Notes: a model not told the origin generated them from the letters alone. A stretch of 63,231 nucleotides of DNA, filler included, from Rhabdomonas costata (GCA_019059605.1; 18 parts of 18 records of this genome joined end to end with filler, not necessarily neighbours in it); one strand, 5' to 3'. Numbered from the whole stretch's first letter, positions 1 to 13,359 are shown. Numbers and translations: made by a program.

Positions 1-436
1 GCGGGAAAATTTGAAAACCAAAGGAAGTGGGAGAGGGGAGGAAAGGTTATGTAAAAGGAGCTCGCTTCCCCTCGCCTGTTGCCCTCTACCCTCCAAGGTC
101 AATCTCTACTGCTCTTGTGTACCTTTGTGTCCGTTTCTTTTTACAAAGCTCAGTGTAATTCAGTGTAATTTTCTTGTGCACAAGAAATACAGCAGTGGAA
201 GATAACCTCAGTCTACTGTTCCGTGCAAGAGGGAGAGGGATGGTCGAACCGGAATTTAATGATCCGAAATATCTACCACCCCGTGAGCCGAAATTAATCC
301 TGATCCTAAATTACCACATGTCAGCAAATCACGCCTAAACAAGCCTAAACACGCCAAATCACCTGAATCACCCGTCTAGGAATTCACCAAGCTTCGCCCT
401 TTTTGTTCCTTCCGTACCAACTCTACTCCCTCTTAG

Positions 437-2702
437 GTCTCTTTGCACCATGAGGACCTCATGACTCAGGTGAAATCGCTGCGGGACATTGAGCAAAAAC
501 TGGGTTCTGTGAAGTCCGGGATCGGCTCTTTGCAAGTGTCTCTCAAGAGGTTATGCCCTTTTCGTTGTGTCTGTCAAGAGGTCAAGGGCGCTGCGGTTTA
601 TTTGTGCCACCCCCCCCCCCCCAATTGCCATCAAAAATCGCCATCAATTTTGTCTTGCCTTCAGGGGCCAAACCCACTGTCCTTCTCACATTGCCTTCCT
701 TGCCTTTTCTATGGGGGACCTCCAGCACTCTTGTCTCTTTTCTTTTTTTTTTACCGTGCACTTGTCTTTCATGTTTTTCTACAGCTTCTGCTCCATTTTT
801 AAATTGTTGTTGCATTGCTTAGCCTCCAACAAAACTTGAACGTTGTTTTTGACGTCTGAAACAATTGCACCGCTATTACAAGCTGGCTCGCTCCGGAGCT
901 GTTGCAGATAACGTTGTATTTGATAGATAGAAGATAGAAGTTTTCAATTTTGTAAAATAAAAAATGTATGTCGAGATTTGGTCATGTAATTTGTGGATTC
1001 CTATGCTAGTTTTGGGTACAAAAATGCTTGTCGACGGGACCCTGGTGTCTGGTGCATCGCTATCTCCAAAACTTTTTTTATTTAATTCCTTCCCGTCCAC
1101 AAATAGAGACGCACGTCTTTTCTTGTCTTGCCTTGTCCCGGCCAGCATCAACTGAGTGATTTTGGTGGGCACCAGACGATCGAGAGCCAGTTGCCTGGTC
1201 CCCCTTTCGCGGAGATATAGGCTGGTGGGTTTTTGTACAGACGTTGTGGGTGCTATCGACAAAGGAAAGAAGCGGCGCAAGATTTTAGAGAAATTGAGGA
1301 TAGAGCCGCCAAGGGGAACGGGTGGGTACAGGCCTGATGCAAGGACCGGCCTACGCAGTGTTTTGGGACATAGAAAGACCCGGGCCTGCTTTGGCTTCGC
1401 CCTCTAAGATCTTTTTGTGATGGGGGAAAGCTTTCCATTAGGTAATAAGCTTTGAGCTGTGTATGAAGTGCAAATATTTGAGGTAATTTAACATTTTGAG
1501 AATTTTGATTTTGACAAAGCTGACCATTTTTATTTTGCATTTTCAAGGCTGAAACATACAATTCACGAGCCGCACCAAACGGTAGGGCAGAGTTGTTCAG
1601 CTGAAGAACATGTGGCAGACGGCAGAGTTGCTGCGCCGGCTCCAGCGGTTTCTAGCCTTGGTACGAATATTGACGACGAGAATTCTTCTTTACGTCTTTC
1701 TCTGGTTTTCTTCTCTTCTTCGTCTCTTTCGGTTCGAAGTTTCGTTCAGAGCTTGAGCAAGAAGAAATTCATGGTGATTTTTGTTAACAGCGGGAAATTC
1801 AGTTGGGTGGTTATGCTTGCATGTGCCTCCTTTTCGCATATTGTGGTTGCTGCACATCGGAACTAACTCTGAAAGTCCAAGATAAAACTCAAATTGATTT
1901 TGTTTGCAATCCCAAATTTCCCGCAACGCCATTGGAACAAAAAACGCAAAAAAAAAAAAGCAGGCATTTTCAGATCTGAAGAAATCACGCCAGCAATGCA
2001 GAAGAGGGGAAAAAACAGCGAATAGAGGCGGGGGATGACGTCGGGAGCAGGTATTGTGCAAGTGAAAACGGTGGTGTGTTGGTTCCTTGCTCCGGGAAGT
2101 CCACAGCGGAGGGGACGGGGGTATCGGTTCTCATTTTCACCGGAAGTAGCGAGTTTTTATTATCTCTTGCAGCGATCGTCGAAAGTATGAAATTCTGGAT
2201 TTGTACTCTATCTCTCTGAAGTGTGTAATTGTTTTCATGTTTCCACACACGCACCCGAGCGCGCGAAGACTACGAAAACAATTCAGAGAAATTCTTCAGT
2301 GAAACAAACCTCAACACGACAGCAACGTTGAAAGTCAGGCGCAGTCGGTTTCTTTTCCCGGTCCGTTCACGAGAACTTTACAAACTAAGGTCAGGAGGTC
2401 TTCACTGTCCCGCCTTCACACTTACTACGAAGGAGATAGATTTTAAGTCTCTTAGGTAATTCTGGTGCTGAAATTTGCTCATCTTGTGTGTATCACCTTG
2501 CGTGCCCCGTTTTAATGTGCTCATTATTCCGTTTGCAAAAACTCCATGCAGGTGGCCAAGTTGCGCGAGCAAGAGCAACAATCAAATTCGAGCAACGCAA
2601 GCGGGGTTGCAGCGTCTGGTGGATCTGCAGCGGCCGTTCCTCAACCGGGGGCTGCAGTTCCCCTTGACCTTCCGAAGGCCGCAAAAAACCTCCGCGAGAT
2701 AG
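437..2702 (+). CDS. COG5: Conserved oligomeric Golgi complex subunit 5, N-terminal part (exons 437-549, 1548-1660, 2552-2702; frameshift near 1583-1587)
   Basis: GT-AG exons with matching phases give VSLHHEDLMTQVKSLRDIEQKL...LQVSLKR/LKHTIHEPHQTV-GRVVQLKNMWQTAELLRRLQRFLAL/VAKLREQ...LDLPKAAKNLREI. This follows the COG5 pattern HEDLL..Q...R I...I.EPY...QL..L...DLLRR...KAA. Confidence 0.8.
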
Positions 2703-3419
2703 GTGCTTTTACCTCTACCTTCACTTTCTGTTGAAGGGTCGAAGTTTTCTGCCTTTAAGAAACATCTCACGACGATGAAGTTTTTCGTTCCTGTATGCAG
2801 CTCACCGAACCGTTTTGCGGCTCCCCATTTGTGGGGACAAGTCAAGCCGCCAAAAACTTAGTTATTGATTTTAAAAACGACTGGAAAGAGTACATGTACA
2901 TGTATCTCATTTTTTTCCAGACCGTTGGAAAGTCATCACTCAAACAGCTTCTCCCAGGATTTTCTGTATGTGGACTGATTCAAGCAAGACTTTCGTCGTT
3001 TCTGTATTACCGCGGGCTAGAGAATTGCGCGGAGCATTATAAAGGTTTCGGTGTCTGATGACAATGGGCATGGGGTATATGTGTCATGAAGTGTGAGAAA
3101 TCCGCACCAATGGTGACAGGGTAGCGGGCAAAGGAGCATAAGGAGTCCCTCCTTCGTCAGTACTTCGTCTTCTTCGTTTTTGCTAACCCACTGAGCATTC
3201 TCGGCCTTCTCGGTTATCAGTCTCTCTCCTTCCTCATAATCCCGGCCTACTCTTCCTGCCCTGTAGTTGCAAGTTGTGCGCGCGGACAAGAGACCCAGTG
3301 GAGTCGATGGTAAAGTGGGTACCTTTTCCCAACGTTTTCCCTGGTTCGGCTTGTCCTTCCCGGATTTTTTTGTCACAGAGGCCATTGCAGAGGAGGTGGA
3401 TCTCTGTGACAAAAAAACC

Positions 3420-3519
3420 NNNNNNNNNNNNNNNNNNNNNNNNNNNNNNNNNNNNNNNNNNNNTTAATTAATTAANNNNNNNNNNNNNNNNNNNNNNNNN
3501 NNNNNNNNNNNNNNNNNNN
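3420..3519. other. Artificial contig spacer, first of 17 (others start at 6939, 10456, 13969, 17487, 21001, 24514, 28023, 31533, 35041, 38548, 42200, 45708, 49212, 52718, 56220, 59730)
   Basis: Identical N44-TTAATTAATTAA-N44 blocks (six-frame stop linker) about every 3.5 kb. The flanking sequences are unrelated. Confidence 0.99.
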
Positions 3520-4252
3520 GGGGGTGGGGGCAAAATCAAGGCGAATACGTGGTTTCTGGCTTGACATGGCCAAAAATGATGGAAAAATGAAGCAGCGCTC
3601 AAGAACTACGTGTGTACTTCGTGTAGGATGGGGAAGCCAGAATAATAAGGCTGGGGAGACTTGACTATACGGAGCTCAGAGAAAGCGAATTATGAGCCAT
3701 TTTTTACTGTGTGATAGGGCTTTTTCGAATCGAGCTTTGTCAATTGTTATTCAGTATCGGCAACTTCACGCGCCACAGCAGCAAAGGCACACTTGACCAT
3801 GTCGAATCTTGTTCTGATTCCATCCAGACCCCGTCGCTGCTACAGGCATACAGACAGGCATACGACAAAAGATGGGAAGGAGGCGGTATGAGGGAGAATG
3901 GGTGAGCTTTTTGGGCTGGCGCGCTTGAGCGAAAACCGCAGGAGCAAACCTTCGCCAGGAGACTCCCCGGGCAAGGAGCACATGTCCTCCTCTGGGAGCT
4001 CGATCGAGAGGGTGTCCAGCACAAGCGCCGTGGCGCTCACAAGGTCCTGAGTTTGGTCAACACTATATGCTGGTTCCTAAAACAAATCTCGCCGACGAAA
4101 TCAATTGACAATCGGAGAAACAAATGCGAGTGACAGTCTCCATCACTTTCTCCCGAAAATAGTCAGAAGTCCGTGAAGGACAACATGTTTCAGTTTTTAA
4201 GACACCAAATACCGTATTCACCCAAATCACTATCACTCCTAACCCGGCGCAC

Positions 4253-6008
4253 CGAGAGCCGGATGCATGAGGCGTCGAACTGGAACCGAGGACGAGCGTG
4301 CCCACGATGCACCACCATCTCCTGAAGCGGCCCCAGCTTCAAGTCCAGCGCCTTCTGCTCCACCGGGTCAAAGGCCACGCGGCGCTGCCTCTCCAGCCCA
4401 GCTACTTGGGCAGTCAGACTCTCATAGGACTCCCACCAGGCGTGGAACTTTTCCCTAAACTGAGTCCTGCAGCAAAGGTGGAAAGTAACAGCAAGCTTCA
4501 CGCACACACCTAATTTTGGTGAAAGGTAGAAAACAGGAGTGAGGGAAGGAAAAAACTGGATCTGCTCTGATCGTTTCCGATCAACCCTCAGGAAATCTTT
4601 CAGCGAAATATTACCGTCTGAGGAAACACGTGCCTTCAGTAGATCCACTCACTTGCTCCTGCAGTTGGGCGACTAACATTCCTAAACCAACCGGGTACGG
4701 AACAACTCAAAGACTTGCCGCATTTCATTTAATTAGCTTTTGAAAAACAAGACCTCCTCTCCCAGTAAAGGTTCTTGATCGCGGTCTTCTTCCGGTAGGT
4801 GCTGACGTTCAGCTTCGACACATACGTGTCAATCATGCCCCGGCAAAAGTCTTTGCGCACCCTGAAACCAAACGTGAGCGCGCTAGTTCACAGAGAACGC
4901 TTTCTCACGAAACACCGCCTTACGCCTGAGATATGGCACTTTCAATATTTGGGAAGCAGTTCTATCCCTTCGGGAGAATAAATACGGTGACAGCAAAAAA
5001 TGCGCAGTGTGTTGCTCACCGAGAAATGAAAGAAGGGCTGTGCAGAGACAGAGGACAGGGAAAAAGTTGTTCCCAAAACACTGGTTATGACTAAAGAAAT
5101 CCCAACAGAAAGAATCAATCAGGAAGGGACCGCACATCTGTTCGTTGAGGGAGTGTACCACTACGCACAAGTGAAGGATGTGATGGGTGTGATGGGTGTG
5201 CACACGCACTGGCAGTCTCGGTAGATCCGCAGCTTCACAGACTTCCGCTGGACATCCTCCGACCGGATCCACCGCTCCAAAACCTTGGGGAAGGAGAGCC
5301 ACGACAAGAAGCGTGACAGGAGAAAAACAGAAGGACATCGTGATCCAAAATGCGACGAAGGAATGGGCTTGGGTGGGATGTTGACTGAAAGCTGCGACTT
5401 TGCAACGCAATGCACCAACTGACGTCAGGATAACATGAGAGCATGACTGGGTGACTTACGCCTAAGTTCCAATATACAACCACCTGACCCTCCGTGGGGC
5501 ACAGCCGGAGATGATTCAAAGCGCATCAGTGATATCGAATGGAACTCAGACGCATGGCAAACCCTTCTCTGCTCCAGTCACCGGCCACACATCCACTAAC
5601 CGCACGAAAAATACCCAACCAAGCAAAAAGTCGACAGGGTCGACGTACACCTACACCAACGACGGCAAACACCCTAACCCGGTTCATGCCTCATCCACAA
5701 AGTGAAGATACCTTGGCAAAGGATAGCTCCCGCTGAGCAAGGCACTGCCGAAACCACCGCTGAAGTATCTTCACCCGGTGAACTAGTCGACGCAGCCGTA
5801 GAAGGAAGAGGTCCAGCTGCCGCCGCGTCACCCGAAGCGCGTGCACCACCACCCCGACAACCTTCTTCGGGTCAAAGTCCCGCCTCTTCGGGACGTGCCG
5901 CAGGCCGTGCAGGGCCCCGAACTTGTTCAGGAAGTCGACCTGCTTTCGGGTGACCCCCTCCTCGGGAGGGGCGCCCAGGAAATCGACGCCAATGCTGGTC
6001 AGGGCCAT
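4253..6008 (-). CDS. Hypothetical multi-exon protein with an IQ-like motif (exons 6008-5712, 5283-5210, 4861-4754, 4466-~4253; a further exon probably starts at 4046)
   Basis: GC3-rich segments bounded by AG/GT join in phase. They contain VKILQRWFRQCLAQRE (IQ-like). The end of the 4466 exon is uncertain. Confidence 0.6.
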
Positions 6009-7429
6009 CTGACCACAGATTTGCAGGCTGGTCTAAAAGGCCAAGTTGTTTTGGTTTTGCTCGCTGCGTCCTACCTTCTGCAATGAAAAGCGGCCTGAGT
6101 GTTGGCCAATACGAATGACAAAAGGTAAATACAACAAGGACTGCGCCGAAAGGAGCACAAAAGCACACGTCGAGAAGTACCAAAAAGCGCGACCGTCGAC
6201 AGAACTGTTTCAGAGTCTTCATATCAAAAGGGAAAATTTAGAAACGAAGAAGGCCAGCATCTTGCAATCTTGCAGAGGTTTCGAGGCATTGCCGTGTTTT
6301 TACTCGAACTGTCTGTAGGTATTGTGCCTTAACTTACATGTGCCTGCAGTTGTTCATGGTTAGAAAACACACGTCAAAGGGATCATAAAAAAGGGACAGA
6401 AAGATGGAAGAATGATCCGAGAGCGCCTGCTTTGGTGATTTTCCTCTGAAAAAGAGGCATTTGCAGCGGTGATGCCCACACCACTGCTCAAGCTCGATCT
6501 GAGAGGGTTTCTGCAGAGTAATAGGCAGAGGACAAGCTAGAGCGCTACACGGAAGCAGGCCTGGGGTCATTTGTATAAACAACAGGCCTGCGTGGCCGGT
6601 CCTTGGGGTCAGGGTATACTGACCTTACACCCTCGGCCGGTTGAGGTGCCCTTGGGCGGCTCTTTGGGTTTTCTAGAGAGGGAAATTACTTCATATTATT
6701 TGTCAGGGAAATTACTTCATATTATCTGTCTCCCTAAGGGATCAATGTTGTGATTTGGATGCACATTACCACACAACATCACAAGATTTCAATGCTTTTG
6801 AATTTCGATGAGCGGACAAGGCAATCCACAAGGCAACAAAAGTCCAACCACCGCGGCAGCGTACAAGAACACAGAGAGTGCTTGTGTGTCCTACGATGAT
6901 GAGCGTAAGCGCAGATACGGCGGGTGGGCCAACACAAANNNNNNNNNNNNNNNNNNNNNNNNNNNNNNNNNNNNNNNNNNNNTTAATTAATTAANNNNNN
7001 NNNNNNNNNNNNNNNNNNNNNNNNNNNNNNNNNNNNNNTCGCGCCCTGAAGACATGTTTGCGCATTGGAGGGCAGCAGAATGCACACCGACAGCGGGCGT
7101 TTAAGGTGGGCAAGCGGAAGTTTAATCTGAAGACAAATTTGTTCAACTTTGCGAACTGATAACCTAGAAACGGGGAATCTTTCAGCGTACCAGAGAAAAG
7201 CCAAGGATAACACATCTCAGTCCGATGGGTATGACGTCCTCCAACCTACCCGAAAATAAAAAGTGGTGCTGCAGATCAAAAAGGGCCAATGAGGCCCAAG
7301 GATGGGACTTCTCGGAAACCACCAGGGGGATACAGTGCACAATTCGATGTGTCGTAAAACGTGCCTATAAAAGAACACATGTAGGGAGTTGGTGAAGTGA
7401 AGTGATGTCAAATTGCCGAGACCGGCGTG

Positions 7430-8430
7430 GAAGTCATTGATGAAGATCGAGGTCGAAACAGAAATACTGCCAATCTATCCTCTTCTGGGCCCAGCATACA
7501 GCGGAAAAGATCCGAGGAAAAGAAGGGAAAGAGTCCCCACCGTTAACGCAGCACTCATCCGTGCTACACTCTGCGCCATTGCAGAGTTTGGTTGCAAGGC
7601 TAGGAGAGACCAGCTTCCCGGGCGGGCACACGAAGTTTGGAGGCACAGTCGCGCAGGTCGGAGCTGTCCATCAAAAACAAAAATAAAATGAAACCGACTA
7701 CTCACCAGAGCACCCGAACGCGCACGGTATGGAAACCCTGAAGGCACTCAACCGTGTGTTCCCCCCCAGGGCAATGGAGATGAGGATTTGTAAGTGGCGT
7801 GCAGACTGTTGCTTCCGACACCGGATGAAACGTTGCAACAGGGAAATTATGCACTTCCTTATAACATGCAGGCAACACCGTCCAACCCAACTTCCAGAGT
7901 TGTATGAAACCAAGACAGAGTATCTCTGACAGCTCTGAAACCGCTCTGGACTCCAAACAAACGGAAATCTAATGTTAGGGCCTTCTCCCTTTTTTGCATA
8001 GAGACACAGCCTCAAAGGGGTCTGAGGTTTGCACAATTGCTGCGGCGGCAATGGGCATTTGGGCACAGAGTGGTAAAAAGGGCAAGACAAGGGGGGAAGC
8101 ACTGGTTCACCGAGCGGCCTCTTTTTCTGGGGGTTGTCAGCGAAAGAACAAGAACCTGCACACCAGCAATTCATCCATTCTTCTGCCATTTTAACAGCCA
8201 CTTCTACTGGCTTTTGTTAGTCGTGTTCACGGCCTTCGCAAAGAGCAAACTCCGCTCCAATGCTTTTTCTAAGCTCTTCGCTTGCAGGGAAGCCCTGCAG
8301 CCTGTTTGTGCAGCGTGTTTGCCAGTGACAAAAAAGGGGAAAATCGGGCAGGATGCACTCCATGTGAAAGACGCACAAACCATCCTCGCAACACTCCTCT
8401 GGCGTGCAGTACTTTCCCGAGCACTTTATT
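7430..8430 (+). mobile_element. Possible highly decayed non-LTR retrotransposon 3' region (zf-RVT-like Cys/His remnants)
   Basis: CCF...NREIMHFLITC at about 7806-7870, and CTPC...SQH/LLWR/C split across frames at about 8354-8410, resemble C..C....E...H.L..C. No spliced exons were recognised on this contig. Confidence 0.22.
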
Positions 8431-10560
8431 GTGGAGGGCGATTTCTTCGGCAGCTGTGGCCAGCACGAGGCCAGACTATTGCAGTAGAGTCCCGATGCTG
8501 CCGCCCCTGCACCTTTGGAGTGCGAAAGCGTACACCATTATGAAAAAATTGAATCTTGGTAGTAAAGGTAATGTTCTTGTGCATCCCAAGAAAACGGTGA
8601 ACGAATGTACAGGAGGTTGTGCCAACCTTGGCTCTCTGGGAGCGTATGTTTGATGGAAAACAAGGGCCGGCCGAAGGGCCTAAGCTTTGCCGATATGATT
8701 GCAAGTAAGGCGTGCCCTTCAAATTCACAGCTGTAATTACTATAAGGCGATAAATCGTTTAAGTGTTCCAGCAGTGTGTTCAAACACACAGCAATGGTAA
8801 ATCTCAAAGTTAAATTTTGGCTTCTGGCTAACGAGTGGATGAAACAGTTCCACGGAGGTTAGTTTGCAGCTGGGGCATGAGCAGGCGACAGAGACGCCCG
8901 AAGCGGAGGTGATTCGCTCAGTGTTTGACGGCGCTGTAAGCCAAACCGCCGCTCGAACAAAAAACAAGAGTTGTCTTCATACCGCAGCGTGGACCACCAC
9001 AGGCTGACGTAACTCGGGTCCTCCGATAGTCTCCAACCAAGTAGTACCCCGACAACAGCAGCAACACAGCGCAGAGCACATTTTTGGAGGAGGTGGTTAA
9101 CATATTACGCCGCCAAAGTGAAAGACAGAGGAATACGAAAAGACCAACAGGAGAGGAAGAAGACAAAAAGGCTGATAGGACGTGAGGATAATTCTCCATT
9201 TTTTTCTGCAGCGATTTAAGTCCTCAAAGGCTGCGAAGCTGAGCGAAGAGCTAGCCGCGCAGAATGGCTTCTGTCACTGTTTGGTCTATAAACGGCCTGC
9301 AAGGGAAACACCAATCATACCCGCAACAATGTGGTCGGTTTGGAAGCCAAGAACAAATGCCAAATGACGATCAAAATATTAAGTACGTGTGTCCATGTCA
9401 TTGGTTGCATTAGATTCTCCCCGCTTGCGGTTCAGCAGTATGCGCGGAGCCTTCACAGTACACTGGTCTATCTGCATTCTAATGTTTGGAAATTGCTGCT
9501 ATTCTTACGGGCATGAGAGGCTGCGCTTCCATATGCTTCGCTGTGAAGCGTGTGGATCTACTTGTTCACTGTGCTCGACGTGGACAAAGACAAGATCTCG
9601 TGCCCTTTTTGCGTACCTCCTCGTGGTTGCAGTGGAGTTCATATGGGTGGGCTTCGTTTGCATGATGGATAACGGTGGTTAGTGCCGGAGTTCATGGTGC
9701 TGATGCTAGTGTCTCAGTTCAACGTGACTTACGTGGGGTTGGTGGTGTCCGCGGTGGACTGACAAGGCCAATTGCAGAATAAAAGAAGACAAGTGCTTAG
9801 AAGGTGAACTATTTTGGGACATGTGCAAAATTTTCTGGGACGCAAAAAGGACATTTCTGAACACACTACCGGGAGGGGGCAGGAGGCTCAATACTTTATT
9901 GTTCAAGACATTAATCTCCACGTGGCAGTACCAAACCTTTGACACAGCGTCTATACAATATACTCTATACATCAGTCCGATGTAGCCGATGCCGAGTCAA
10001 ACGGTTTGGTCGACAAGACCCATGGCAAATTGTGGTGCATGAAGGCCACACATCATTCGACAAGAAAAAGGAAAAAAAAAGTGCTGAAAACGTCGGGATC
10101 CGCAAATTTTGGGTGGAGGGGATGGCGAGATCTAACATCATAAAGCTAGACGAAGATACGGTCGATGGACATGTACGATAAAATGGGCGAGTTCGGAATG
10201 ATATTCATAACGCGAGCAGCCACAAAAGAAAATGGAGGTTGGTCAGGTCGGGGGATGAATGATTTTGGTCGCTTCGGCGCTTGATTTGCTGACCCGAAAG
10301 CGTGACGTAACCCAGGCGCGGACCACGGAAAGGCAATATTTCACCTCCTGACCGGTATGAGGTGAAAACCTTGGTCTCTCTATGCTTGCAAAATAATGAC
10401 TCGCCTTTGTTCAAGAACCTATCCAATTCGCGTCCACATCACGCGCACACAAAACNNNNNNNNNNNNNNNNNNNNNNNNNNNNNNNNNNNNNNNNNNNNT
10501 TAATTAATTAANNNNNNNNNNNNNNNNNNNNNNNNNNNNNNNNNNNNNNNNNNNNGTTTG

Positions 10561-10760
10561 TTGGTATCTTCTGGATGTGAAAATGTTCAAGTTGCCTCGG
10601 GTATTGTCCACCCTCTCTCCTCTTCGTTCTCCTTCTGTGGCGCTGATTTATATCCAAGTGGTCAGGCACATAAATCAGCGCCACAGAAGGAGAACGAAGA
10701 GGAGAGAGGGTGGACAATACCCGAGGCAACTTGAACATTTTCACATCCAGAAGATGCCAA
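10561..10760. repeat. Terminal fold-back inverted repeat (91-bp arms 10561-10651 and 10670-10760, 18-nt loop)
   Basis: The arms are reverse complements with 1 mismatch. It begins 5 nt from the contig start, so it is probably an amplification chimera. Confidence 0.95.
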
Positions 10761-10872
10761 AAAATTCCCCTTTCCTGTCATTCTCTTTCTCTCCCGAAGA
10801 ATTAGTGGCAATAAAGGAAAAAAAACCAAACCAAAGCAAGCTCGCAGCGGGATAGGGAAGGGGCGGGGAAAC

Positions 10873-10957
10873 CTGCCCAGTCGCTGTGCTCCCCAATGAG
10901 GCAGATTCGCCTGGGAACGAAGAGCTCGATGAAGTCATTGGGGTTCACGACCTGCAT
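10873..10957 (-). CDS. GHMP (galactokinase-like) sugar kinase, N-terminal exon
   Basis: MQVVNPNDFIELFVPRRICLIGEHSDWAG matches the PGR.xLxGEHxD motif, with R in place of G. GT donor at 10872. Confidence 0.75.
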
Positions 10958-11995
10958 CGCTGCCTCAAAAATGCCCTGCGACAATCCCAAGGACGAGGGA
11001 CCCATAGAAAGAGCGCACGAAGGAGCACGTCCTCCCAAGGCATTCCGGGAAACGAGCGCTAGACCTTTCCACCCCTGCTTTTCAGCACCCAAAGCAAAGC
11101 ACCCAAGGTTTCGACAAACGGAGAGGCACCATCATTACTACCAATGAGACAGGGGCAAAACCGAAACCCGACCTGGGATCTTGTTATAATGTAAAAGTAG
11201 TAGTGAGGCAAAGCCAAATGCAACAAATTGACACACTCGATACTCGATACGGTGATAAAGGGGAAGGTGTGGGGCGGGGTGCCTTTGCCGCGTGCGTCAC
11301 TGTGGAAGAAATTATCCCCTTGACAGCCTCCTTTTTTCCGACAAAATGCGTAAAGAAAACGAAACGAGAGCTGTAAAAAAAACCTGGGAGGATCCAGAGG
11401 CCATAATGCAGTTGTGGGAAGTCACCCGAACCGAAATTGTACAAGGGGAGGCTTACATTAAAAGAAAAGCTGCGGAAGAAAGAGAAACCCAATGAAAGTC
11501 GAAATAAAGACGAAAACCAACCACACCAGGGGGAGCGGAAACGTTCGTGCCGCATGAAACAAGGATCAGTGACCACACCGAATGAAAACTCCACGTTTGC
11601 GTGAGCGAGTTTTCGTAAGAGGGGGACGCCTTCCATGGCATGATAATTCCATGGCAAAATGATAATATTCGATACACATGGTAAGTCCTGCTGACAACGA
11701 CATTTTACCCGAACCTCTGATAACCCATCCATCCAAAACCGACCTTACGCACCGACAAGAAAAGGGAAAGACGCGGCACCCAACCGTGGGAAGCAGTACA
11801 GCGTTGCTGTGCTTGCGCCTTCCAACACGCATGTCCCCGATACATTCACACACACCGCAAGCTGCAAATATCCCCCCACCACCACACACCTGGCAGACAC
11901 ACACACGTACACAATCACCAGTCCATGCCGGGGTGGCGAAACTTCCCTCCCCTTCCCCATCTTCTTCTTCAAGGGGGTTTTGGGGGGCTTCTTTC

Positions 11996-12658
11996 TCAGA
12001 AGTAGGAGCAGATGTACTGCAGGGTGTCCTTCACCTCGATGTCGAAGCCGCTCTTTGCGGGGATGTCAAACTCCCCGCCCGTGTTCACGGTGATCGTCTT
12101 CGATGTCCCATCAAGCTGGAGGGTTAAAGGAGGGCAGGGACTTTTGCACCATTGAACCATGACAACCATAGCACGGTGAGTTAGCCTGAAGCTGACGTCT
12201 CAGGCACCAACCAATCCGCTCAGCTGGACAGTTTCATGCGTGCCTTCTGTAAAATACAGTGCTAGAGTTTTTGATTGCGTTGGTACTGCAAAACAAACAA
12301 TGTCGCAAAATTGGTCAGAACTTGTGTGGTTGATTGTTGATCGGTCATCGCGATCAACACCGAAAAAATTCTGATTCCGTCCATTGGACTTCCTCCCTGT
12401 TTACTCAAACCGTCGGGCAAACACCTTGTACGAGCACGAACCGCTGGTGACCTGCATCTTCTCCGCAGCGTCCGTACCAAAGTGGTACTTCCCTGCAAAG
12501 ATAACACCAAGGGTCTTGTAGGAGCCATCGCCGAAGGTGATCTTATGGGAGACCACCTTGCCGCCGTGGTAGATGTTCGCCGCGGTGTGGGCGGTGACGT
12601 TAGAGAAGCTCGTGGGGTGGGCTGCCTTGCTGAAGGAACACAGGCACCTCCTCAACAT
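11996..12658 (-). CDS. ppnP: Pyrimidine/purine nucleoside phosphorylase PpnP (DUF1255/YaiE), complete, 117 aa, exons 12658-12425 and 12115-11996, with a mitochondrial-type presequence
   Basis: MLRRCLCSFSKAAHPTSFSNVTAHTAANIYHGGKVVSHKITFGDGSYKTLGVIFAGKYHFGTDAAEKMQVTSGSCSYK/LDGTSKTITVNTGGEFDIPAKSGFDIEVKDTLQYICSYF* matches AN.YF.GKV.S...TLG...G.Y.FGT...E.M...F.VPA.S.F...Y.C.Y. Phase-0 GT-AG intron at 12424-12116. Confidence 0.9.
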
Positions 12659-13359
12659 TGCGGCGATCGAAGTGTGAGAAAGAAAAGGAAAGCAGAAAAA
12701 CGCAGTGGAAAATGCACTCGACGAAATGAAGACAAGCACTTTCAGCTGAAAGATGAAGATTTGTGTGGGAGGATGTGCAGCACATCAAGAAATCGACGGC
12801 TCGCAAGAAGGGATTGCGGTTACCGGATACTTGGAGTCATAATACTGGTCTCATCCATAACTTCCTTTTCCTGACAGGGTCCAGAGGAATGCTGAGTCAA
12901 AAAATATGACATGATCCTTTTAAGGTGCGTTTCTTCTTCTTCTCTCTTCGGGGCCACTAAGTCTGAGTCAACAGCCATAATTAGATAGATGCTGCTCAGG
13001 TCGAGGCCACACTGGGAACCTCCCGTACTAGCCGGAGTATTTGTGTTCGGATAATAGATAGCTGAAAGGTGCAAACATGCATGCCAAAATTTTTGTTTGT
13101 GTTCGTGTATAATAGCTCGTTTCTGTGTTTCCCCCCCAATGACTCCCAGTTGTGCTCTTCTCGCGTCCGTGCGTCCCTTTCTGCATGCTAATTCACTCGC
13201 CAACACTGCCTGCTGGAACTCCCTCTCCTAATTTCACCTTTCTTTGCTAAACGGTGCATACATCCTTTTCGTTTCTCCCCTTCCCTTGCCCGGATGAGGC
13301 TGTATTTTGTGCCGGTGACAGGACGCTTTGTGTGACAACAGGTGAGAATTACAAGAGAG

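Noticed and set aside
6679-6730. 26-bp tandem duplication; also (GT)n at 41223, (GA)n at 27778, (gttcgcc)n at 23081 and a 15-bp repeat at 45859/45979
   Set aside because: Ordinary slippage-type repeats in non-coding DNA.
8391-8450. TLLWRA peptide repeated in two frames with different codons
   Set aside because: Short, made of common residues, in different frames, with little DNA similarity. Compatible with chance.
9961-10040. AESNGLVDKTHGKL resembling the integrase P.SNG.VER motif
   Set aside because: A single short motif lacking the catalytic E, with a stop upstream and no other DDE motifs.
10561-10760. Long hairpins as MITEs or miRNA precursors (also 21112, 42307, 49010)
   Set aside because: All lie at contig termini next to primer-like tails with near-perfect arms. 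At 42307 the second copy of the repeat lacks the left arm, which indicates a fold-back artefact.
11292-11495. QLWEVTRTEIVQGEAYIKRK resembling the LINE EN-RT linker
   Set aside because: Isolated and weak. No flanking EN or RT motifs were seen.
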